From Candidatus Thorarchaeota archaeon (GTDB taxonomy: Archaea > Asgardarchaeota > Thorarchaeia > Thorarchaeales > Thorarchaeaceae): a DNA stretch of 11,618 bases. The notes beneath the pieces are model-generated. The model saw nothing but the letters and a program-made list of their open reading frames with translations. It did no database searches and had not been told where the DNA came from. Numbering within the stretch: the first letter of the stretch is position 1; every line of letters starts with the position of its first letter. The DNA is taken from assembly GCA_016839445.1 (NCBI GenBank), contig JAEOUG010000168.1, positions 1 to 11,618 of the forward strand, in the 5' to 3' direction. The translations under genes were made by a program, and so were the position numbers. Below, in pieces: positions 1-6,302 of the stretch.

Positions 1-2
1 CA

Positions 3-263
3 GTACAGGCGAGCATAAAGAGCACCACAATTGAATACACTCTAGGGCCCTACTCTGCAAACACGAACATCACGTACCACTTCCTCATCTACGACAGATA
101 TGATGGCATGTTCGTGCTGTCCGAGGATACGTACACCGCATTTGAAACGACAGGAGGCGGAGGAGGCACACCTCTGAGCCCCATCATCCTCGTCGGTGCA
201 ATTGGAGGAACAGTTGCAGTCATCGCGGTGGTGGTCGTCCTAGGCAGGAGAAGAGGAACCTAG
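3..263 (+). CDS. 3' end (partial) of a C-terminally membrane-anchored surface protein
   Basis: Manual translation of frame 3 is open from the window edge to TAG at 261-263: ...YTLGPYSANTNITYHFLIYD...TTGGGGGTPLSPIILVGAIGGTVAVIAVVVVLGRRRGT*. This gives a beta-rich segment, Gly linker, hydrophobic helix and RRR tail. Not in the ORF track. Confidence 0.85.
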   Translation, partial: VQASIKSTTIEYTLGPYSANTNITYHFLIYDRYDGMFVLSEDTYTAFETTGGGGGTPLSPIILVGAIGGTVAVIAVVVVLGRRRGT

Positions 264-283
264 TTCAGCGCGTCTTGGCGCAC

Positions 284-294
284 TACTTAATAGC
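284..294 (+). promoter_or_regulatory. Putative archaeal TATA box for the gene at 318 (likely leaderless or short leader)
   Basis: TTAATA at 287-292, about 25 nt upstream of ATG 318, with no clear SD. Confidence 0.45.
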
Positions 295-317
295 AGTGCC
301 AGACACCATGAGGACTC

Positions 318-2222
318 ATGAAGAGAAAATGGGTTGTCTTGGCACTGCTTCTAATGCCCATGCTTCCGGCAGCAATCGTGATGCCGAATGCCATTCAGGC
401 TGACGCATGGGGCCTTGTCACGCACATGTTCATAGTCAACGAGTGTATTGATGACATAGCAAACCAGAGCTGGGCCGAGGCGTTCGATTACTACAGCCCG
501 GAGCTCATCACAGGCTCAACAACACCAGATCAAGTCTGGCAAGACTGGGAGAACCACCTCTACTATCCCGAAAACGGAAACAACACTGCACCACAAGCAG
601 CTCAGAGATGGTACGATTTCGCGAGGGGCAATTTCACGATAGGAAACTGGGAGGACGGCTTCTTCGCGGCAGGTGTCATGTCACACTATGCCATCGATCC
701 CTGCATACCTGCTCACACAGGTCCAAACTGGCCGGGTCACTCGGCCTACGAAGGGGACATCAACGGCCACCTTGGGTCTCTTGTACTAGGATCACGCACT
801 GAGAACACCGTTTCCAATGTGAGCCAGCTAGTTGTAGATGGAGCAACCTACTCACACCAGTACTACGACTACGTTGTAGATGCCTATCCCACATCTGAAA
901 CAACGGCAATAGAGACCAACTCCACAATCAAAACGCTCACTGAGGAATGCCTCACACTTGCCTTGAACAACACACTGTGTCTGTTCTACACACTGACAGA
1001 GGGTATCAACGCTCCTGATGTCGAGATTGTGTACGAGTACAAGGCCGTATTCGACTTCGCTCATGACAACGACTACGTCTATGACGAAGCTCTCAACTCT
1101 GTGAACCAGAGTTTGGCGAGACTCGGCTACGAGATGGTAATCTGGGAGGACCCAATCAATACTACTGCACTCGCGGGCGCAGACCTCTTCGTGGCCACTT
1201 GTGCGCTGGATGAATACACTACTGCGGAGTTGGATGCAATAGCCACTTGGGCGGCCTCAGGGAATAAGTCCATACTCCTGACGGGCAGAGGTGACTTCGA
1301 TGCATACACAGACAATGCGCGCCCCAATCAGATTCTTGAGGCGATAGGCTCGCACATCAGAGTGAATGATGACAACGTGTACATGCCAGGCACCTACCAG
1401 CTGTGGTACAACGATCTCTATGATATTCCTGCAGCTGGAGTTACTGCTGGACTAACGGAGGATGTGGATTCGTTCCATATGTTCTCTCCCACGAGTCTCT
1501 ACTTCACGGATGATGACCCTATACTGCCTGTGATCTATGCAGATCCGTCTGGATATCAAACGGACCAGAACACACCAGCGATAGATGTGATCTATGACAA
1601 CAAAGATGACGGTGAGTACGGTGAGCAGATACCGCTCGCGGCAGTTGAGGAGATTGGTACCCTTCGGCTCTTGGTGACAGGAACCACCTTCTTCAGCGAC
1701 TTCGATTACGGCAAGGAGGCCGAATTCGACAACGTCGTTTTCTTAGAGAACTTCCTTGTCTGGGCCTATAACAGATCCATTGGCTCTGTTTCTCTTGAGG
1801 ACGAGGTCGGCCCAAGAGTAGGAGGTGTATACTGGGCTCCAACAAGCCCGAGTAGTGGCCAGTCAGTCGAGTTCTTTGCCACCATCACCGATCCTAGTGG
1901 TGTGGCCTCAGCAGAGCTGGTTGTGGAATCCTCTGGGGGTACTCAGACAATATCCATGACCGCGGACGGAGACACCTACAATGCAACAATCAGTGGGTTC
2001 TCTGGAGAGGTCATAACGGTGAAGATCACTGCCGAAGACACTGAAGGGAACAACATCACTCGAGCATACTTCAGTATCACTTGGGCCTCATCGACAACAG
2101 GCACGGGCACCGGTACAGGCACTGGCACAGGCGAGAGTTCTCAGTGGTTGCTCATCACCGTAGGAATCGGAGTGATAGGTGTAGTAGCAATAGTGGCTCT
2201 CATCTTCCTACGTCGGAGGTAG
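318..2222 (+). CDS. Secreted, membrane-anchored Zn-dependent phospholipase C / P1-nuclease-fold protein with GIFT/DUF4350-like and Ig-like domains
   Basis: Signal peptide ends ADA|WGLVTH, giving a mature N-terminal Trp. Tri-zinc ligand motifs are present: W..H, TPD, ENH, HYAIDPCIPAH, HSAYE. The central domain has AVFDFAHDND...NQILEAIGSHIRVNDD...GTTFFSD. The C-terminus has an Ig-like domain, (TG)6 linker, TM helix and RRR. Confidence 0.8.
   Translation: MKRKWVVLALLLMPMLPAAIVMPNAIQADAWGLVTHMFIVNECIDDIANQSWAEAFDYYSPELITGSTTPDQVWQDWENHLYYPENGNNTAPQAAQRWYDFARGNFTIGNWEDGFFAAGVMSHYAIDPCIPAHTGPNWPGHSAYEGDINGHLGSLVLGSRTENTVSNVSQLVVDGATYSHQYYDYVVDAYPTSETTAIETNSTIKTLTEECLTLALNNTLCLFYTLTEGINAPDVEIVYEYKAVFDFAHDNDYVYDEALNSVNQSLARLGYEMVIWEDPINTTALAGADLFVATCALDEYTTAELDAIATWAASGNKSILLTGRGDFDAYTDNARPNQILEAIGSHIRVNDDNVYMPGTYQLWYNDLYDIPAAGVTAGLTEDVDSFHMFSPTSLYFTDDDPILPVIYADPSGYQTDQNTPAIDVIYDNKDDGEYGEQIPLAAVEEIGTLRLLVTGTTFFSDFDYGKEAEFDNVVFLENFLVWAYNRSIGSVSLEDEVGPRVGGVYWAPTSPSSGQSVEFFATITDPSGVASAELVVESSGGTQTISMTADGDTYNATISGFSGEVITVKITAEDTEGNNITRAYFSITWASSTTGTGTGTGTGTGESSQWLLITVGIGVIGVVAIVALIFLRRR
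2097..2132 (+). repeat. Six ACNGGY hexamers encoding a (Thr-Gly)6 linker
   Basis: acaggc acgggc accggt acaggc actggc acaggc, in frame before the TM anchor. Confidence 0.85.
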
Positions 2223-2228
2223 AGTGAC

Positions 2229-2270
2229 AATAGGTGGTCCAGCTACCGCTGGGCCACTGTCTATTTCTTT
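2229..2270 (+). terminator. Hairpin plus U-rich tract, probable terminator
   Basis: GTGGTCCAGC-TACC-GCTGGGCCAC (10 bp, one G:U; 2234-2257), extendable by AATAG/CTATT, followed by TTTCTTT just after the stop at 2222. Confidence 0.6.
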
Positions 2271-2398
2271 AGAATCGCTCCCACAAATCTCACTTCTGTT
2301 CGAAAACCAATAGGGAATTACCAAAAATCGAACGGAGAGAGTGCTGCGAATCTTCATATGTTCAGCCGACCTATTTACCTACGAGCTGGGTCTTCTCA

Positions 2399-3052
2399 GT
2401 GGGGATTGAGAGAGAGATGTCCTTTAGCATGGGCTCTGAAGAGATGGACAGGGAGATAGAGAGAGCTATTGTCCGCTCCTTCGGCTGGGCGGTAATCGAG
2501 TTCGAGGCGGTGCTCTTCCAGAAATTCCTTGTAGTGTCAGGGCCAACTTCTCTAATGACTGAGGACATGTTCAAAAAGCACCTGATGGACATGGAAGCAA
2601 AGGGCTACATCACACCAGTCCAATTCCACAACAAGAGGGCATGGAAGAGGCTTGTTATCGAATCTGACATGGACGAACCGGAGCTGACCCCAGAGGAAGT
2701 GAGGGCATTCTTGGAAAAGGCCAAGGCCATGGAGAAGAAGGACCAGAAGAGGATGAGAAGCGACGGGCTCGTGAGCGAATCCAGATCTCTCGCAGAAACC
2801 ATTCTTCGCACTCTGGAGAAGGAAATGCACTCAAAACAGCTCCGGCGAGGAACGCCAAGTATGATAGACCACGTTGAAGCAATGCATCACGCTCTTAGCG
2901 AATCAAGGGAGGATTTCCTCGACTACATCAAGAAGAACATGCCAAGGATACAGAGAACGATGGGCAAACTCCTCGATGACAAGGGGGAGGAGATTGTACT
3001 GCTAAGCCTTAGGCTGATAGAGTCGGGACATCAGGTGTATCCACCTCGCTGA
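2399..3052 (+). CDS. Hypothetical soluble protein, possible N-terminal winged-helix-like domain; true start may be ATG 2417
   Basis: 217-aa ORF of charged, helical composition that fills the gap. The segment FKKHLMDMEAKGYITPV...KRAWKRL resembles a helix followed by a wing. No recognisable family. Confidence 0.7.
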   Translation: MGIEREMSFSMGSEEMDREIERAIVRSFGWAVIEFEAVLFQKFLVVSGPTSLMTEDMFKKHLMDMEAKGYITPVQFHNKRAWKRLVIESDMDEPELTPEEVRAFLEKAKAMEKKDQKRMRSDGLVSESRSLAETILRTLEKEMHSKQLRRGTPSMIDHVEAMHHALSESREDFLDYIKKNMPRIQRTMGKLLDDKGEEIVLLSLRLIESGHQVYPPR

Positions 3053-3071
3053 GTATCATATCATACCCAGG

Positions 3072-4001
3072 CTAGAAGTAGAGCTTTCCCTTGAGTACAG
3101 TGACTCCCGTTCCACTCACTTTGACCTGATCAATGGATTCCTTGCCGCCCCGAACTTCAACGAACACCTTGCCAGCCCTGCCTACGTAGTGACCTTGTTC
3201 AACTACGATGCTAGTGATCGGATAAGTGGGTTCCATAAGCCCGTACTGGATGATGTAGGAACCCAGGCTCCCGGCAGCAGAGCCGGACACGGGGTCTTCA
3301 GGAACACCAAGTGCCGGTGCGAAGTGCCTAACCTGTGCATCAGAAGTGGGGTCTCTAGTCTTTCTCGTGAACAGGCTGATGGAGGCATAGTCGCCACTCT
3401 CATGTAGTTCCTCAAGCTTGTCCCAGTCAGGCCGAATCCGATCAAGAGACCTCTGTGTGCTAAGGGGAATCATCAGGTGAGGGGTCCCAGTACTAACTGT
3501 CTGAAGGGGATTTGGTGACAGAATGTCTGCCAGAGAAAGCCCAAAGGCGTCGGTGTACTCCTTGGGGTCGTAGGTCTCGAGGAAACGAGGTTTCTTGTGA
3601 GTGATTTGAACCTCATGTATCTGAGTCATTTCATTCTTGACGATGTCAACATTGAGAATCCCAGTCTTCGCCTCCAAACTGAATGTGTTGACATCCGATC
3701 GAAGCTGTATTCTTCCCTCATCAACCAGAGCCAGGAAACCAGCGATGGTTGGATGACCTGAGAAGCCCAGCTCACCCTTCGGTGTCATGTACCTGAACCG
3801 ATAGTCAGCAGAAGATGAACCCGAAATGAAGACAGTCTCACGAACGTTCATCTCTTGGGCGATGTGTACCATTGTCTCATCGCTGACATTGTTTGCGTCA
3901 AGGACAACAGCAGCAGGGTTGCCGCCGAATGGAATGTCTGTGAACACATCGACCTGTATGACATCAAGCTGGCGTCTGAGACTCAAGAGCATCAACCGCA
4001 A
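3072..4001 (-). CDS. PhzF family (DAP-epimerase fold) isomerase; start may be TTG 3986
   Basis: Motifs VDVFT..PFGGNPAAVV, IAQEMNxxETVFI, RYMTPxxELxFxGHPT, VSTGTPH, RHFAPxxGVPEDPVSGSA and EQG..GR. Confidence 0.93.
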   Translation of the reverse strand: MRLMLLSLRRQLDVIQVDVFTDIPFGGNPAAVVLDANNVSDETMVHIAQEMNVRETVFISGSSSADYRFRYMTPKGELGFSGHPTIAGFLALVDEGRIQLRSDVNTFSLEAKTGILNVDIVKNEMTQIHEVQITHKKPRFLETYDPKEYTDAFGLSLADILSPNPLQTVSTGTPHLMIPLSTQRSLDRIRPDWDKLEELHESGDYASISLFTRKTRDPTSDAQVRHFAPALGVPEDPVSGSAAGSLGSYIIQYGLMEPTYPITSIVVEQGHYVGRAGKVFVEVRGGKESIDQVKVSGTGVTVLKGKLYF

Positions 4002-4029
4002 GCCAATCAGACAGTTGTGTAATGAACTA

Positions 4030-4059
4030 TTCCATAGGGTTCTGATGGAACTTATATCG
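4030..4059 (+). promoter_or_regulatory. TATA box (CTTATATC) with an adjacent inverted repeat TTCCAT-N9-ATGGAA in the divergent PhzF/methyltransferase gap
   Basis: TTATAT at 4052-4057 lies about 25 nt before ATG 4082. The IR arms are at 4030-4035 and 4045-4050. Confidence 0.55.
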
Positions 4060-4081
4060 ACCTTCTTAAACGGACTACTGC

Positions 4082-4939
4082 ATGAGAGGATTGGAGAAGC
4101 TCCGGGAGAAACTGCCGAAGTACAAGGGACGCAGGATTGCCCTCATTCCCATTCTGTTCATCGTTTCTGTGACAGTCGGTGTCTGTATCCAGATACTGTT
4201 TGATGTTGCATCAAGGATGCTCCCCACCATTCCCTTAATGTTTGACCTGGAACCGGTTCTTCCAATCCTTGGAAGTTGCGTCGTCTCTGCCATGGGGCTG
4301 ATACTGATCTCGGGGTTGTGGCGGAACAAGAAGGCGCTCAAGGAAAGACTAGGAAACCTAGCATATCAGAGGGTCATTCCAAGGGGAGTGGTCGGTGTCA
4401 CGTTTGTCTTCGCGCTCGCCATTCATAGCTACGTATCAGTTCGGTCGGTATCTCCAGTGGCGCCGGTCAATCCGCTCACAATCGAGCTTTCGCGCTCGGT
4501 GCTCTCAATGTTTGGCGTGACAACGGAGATTGACATAGTCGTCAGGGTGATGGTTGGGGTCTTCATCTTCTTGCTCGGGTTTGCTTCTGCAATGAGGGCG
4601 CTACTCGACTTCGGACTAGATTACATGTTGGTTCTCTATCTCTACTTCCCAGAAGAGTCAGAAGTACAGACACACAAGATCTACTCAGTGATTCGGCATC
4701 CCGCGTATTTTGCGCTGATACTTGTCGGACTCGGTGCGTTCTTTCTGCGGCTATCAGTGTATTCCTTGGCCTTCTTTCTAATCGTCTACGTCACACTGAG
4801 GATACACATCAGAGTGGAAGAGAAAGAGTTGGTCGAGCGGTTTGGAGAGGGCTATCTCGATTACATGAGCAAAGTGCCCGGACTCTATGTGCGACCGAGG
4901 GACATTGGTAGCTACCTTCGCTATCTCCGCGGTGGATAG
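4082..4939 (+). CDS. Isoprenylcysteine carboxyl methyltransferase / PEMT (Ste14)-family integral membrane methyltransferase
   Basis: Multiple TM helices and the C-terminal signature IYSVIRHPAY...EEKELVERFGEGYLDYMSKVP. Confidence 0.9.
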   Translation: MRGLEKLREKLPKYKGRRIALIPILFIVSVTVGVCIQILFDVASRMLPTIPLMFDLEPVLPILGSCVVSAMGLILISGLWRNKKALKERLGNLAYQRVIPRGVVGVTFVFALAIHSYVSVRSVSPVAPVNPLTIELSRSVLSMFGVTTEIDIVVRVMVGVFIFLLGFASAMRALLDFGLDYMLVLYLYFPEESEVQTHKIYSVIRHPAYFALILVGLGAFFLRLSVYSLAFFLIVYVTLRIHIRVEEKELVERFGEGYLDYMSKVPGLYVRPRDIGSYLRYLRGG

Positions 4940-4949
4940 GTCACTCTTC

Positions 4950-5216
4950 TCACTTAGAGGACATATGCTGAGAGAACTCATCCTTATGTGAAACATGATG
5001 AACCGCTGCACCGGGGGGGATTGCCTTGCCAGGACCGAATCTGACCTTTGCAGGCTCATAATCGCAATCAAGTAGTGTGGCGGCCCACATGTCGCGTCCA
5101 TGCTTCAGAGGCCTAACCAGCTTCTCGCCAGATCTTCCCTTTTCCACTCTGCCTGCGTATACGTAGAACATCACAGCAAGAGCGAGTCCACCGAGAAGGA
5201 GAAGGATTGCGAACAT
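4950..5216 (-). CDS. Small hypothetical protein with an N-terminal TM anchor
   Basis: Hydrophobic N-terminus MFAILLLLGGLALAVMFYVY. It fits the gap without overlap and has an upstream TATA (CTTATATC, minus strand 5249-5242) about 26 nt from the ATG. Confidence 0.7.
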   Translation of the reverse strand: MFAILLLLGGLALAVMFYVYAGRVEKGRSGEKLVRPLKHGRDMWAATLLDCDYEPAKVRFGPGKAIPPGAAVHHVSHKDEFSQHMSSK

Positions 5217-5240
5217 CTGGACTTTAACAATCGTGAAGAC

Positions 5241-5250
5241 CGATATAAGG
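5241..5250 (-). promoter_or_regulatory. TATA box for the 4950-5216 gene
   Basis: Minus strand reads CCTTATATCG, at leaderless spacing from ATG 5216. Confidence 0.55.
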
Positions 5251-5267
5251 ATTCACTTAGGTATCGT

Positions 5268-6173
5268 CTATTGAACGACGCCACTCTCACGAATCATCTC
5301 CTCTAGCCAGACTCTTCGTGGTCGGGGGAAGAGCCGTGAGGGATACATAAGGTACGTGTCTGCGTGCTTGACTCTGGGCGATGATTCTAACACTGTGTCA
5401 ATCTCTTCCATTTCGCGGACATGTTCAAGAACGAATACCGAGAAGAAGACGGGTTGACTTGCCGAGATGTAGGCATACCAGAACTGCTTGTCGAATGTCG
5501 TGTATAGCCAGTTGTTTGACTCAGCCACGTCGAAACTAGGAGCCCATGTGATCTCCGACAGGATTGCGGTCGAGTCACCTAAATTCGGATTCCATCGGCT
5601 CATGAAGTGTATGGTCTCATCATCATAGCACTTATTCAGAGCCCGTCTGGCGCGCCTGGCTGAGATACCGGCCTCTTCAGCAATCGCTGTGATTGGCTTT
5701 CTGACGTCATCCAAGAGAGCGGCCAGTACTCTCAGCTGGTCCTTTGTGAACTCACCCTTCTTGCCTCTCTGTGTGATTATCGTGTGAGCCTCAACCTCTG
5801 TGACTGTGTTTCTCGTCCTGATGAACTGGAGCAACTCAGCAAGTTCGGACGGCGTTCGGTAGTCAGCAAACACATGAAGGAGTCCGTCAGGAAACGGGTT
5901 CAGTACATAGGTCAAGGGATGCTGCCCAATCTCCTCAATGATCTCATCGCTTGTCACGTTGCTCTCCGTGACCACCTTGACAAGAACCGGATCTGCCCCC
6001 ACCTGTGCATAGCTGAGAACAACGTCGAACTCAATGACACCCCGTTCAATCAGATTGGCCACGCGAGCTCTCACCGCATTTGCTGTCATATCGAGCTGCT
6101 GAGCTAGGGCGTTGTAAGATATCCTGCAGTCGACAATCATCGCTCCGATGATTCTTGCATCGGTCCAGTCCAC
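5268..6173 (-). CDS. Lrp/AsnC-family transcriptional regulator with two tandem HTH + effector-domain units
   Basis: HTH1 is MDWTDARII...DCRISYNALAQQLDMTANAVRARVANLIERGVI. HTH2 is QLRVLAALLDDVRKPITAIAEEAGISARRARRAL. At 301 aa it is about twice a normal Lrp. Confidence 0.88.
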   Translation of the reverse strand: MDWTDARIIGAMIVDCRISYNALAQQLDMTANAVRARVANLIERGVIEFDVVLSYAQVGADPVLVKVVTESNVTSDEIIEEIGQHPLTYVLNPFPDGLLHVFADYRTPSELAELLQFIRTRNTVTEVEAHTIITQRGKKGEFTKDQLRVLAALLDDVRKPITAIAEEAGISARRARRALNKCYDDETIHFMSRWNPNLGDSTAILSEITWAPSFDVAESNNWLYTTFDKQFWYAYISASQPVFFSVFVLEHVREMEEIDTVLESSPRVKHADTYLMYPSRLFPRPRRVWLEEMIRESGVVQ

Positions 6174-6221
6174 CCACGCGCACGCTCACAAGTCCGGTTG
6201 CTTGGTTCGGCAGCTTTACCC

Positions 6222-6233
6222 TTGTATATATTG
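6222..6233. promoter_or_regulatory. Palindromic TATATA box, probable bidirectional promoter for the regulator and the beta-helix gene
   Basis: TTGTATATATTG is the main AT-rich element in the divergent gap 6174-6302. SD GGAGGGG at 6291-6297 precedes TTG 6303. Confidence 0.55.
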
Positions 6234-6302
6234 ACTTCGACTCTCACTGAACCGGAAAGGAGAAAGGCAGAACTAGTGTAGACAGCAGATGGAGGGGCGT
6301 CG

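Noticed and set aside
2229-2343. SECIS-like element (some Asgard archaea have eukaryote-type SECIS)
   Set aside because: No AUGA/GA kink-turn core was seen and the upstream gene has no in-frame TGA.
3072-4001. Phenazine biosynthesis cluster
   Set aside because: Lone PhzF-family gene with no phzA/B/D/E/G in the window.
4941-4952. TGA readthrough (Sec) of the 88-aa ORF
   Set aside because: A second TGA follows after only two codons, and there is no redox-motif context.
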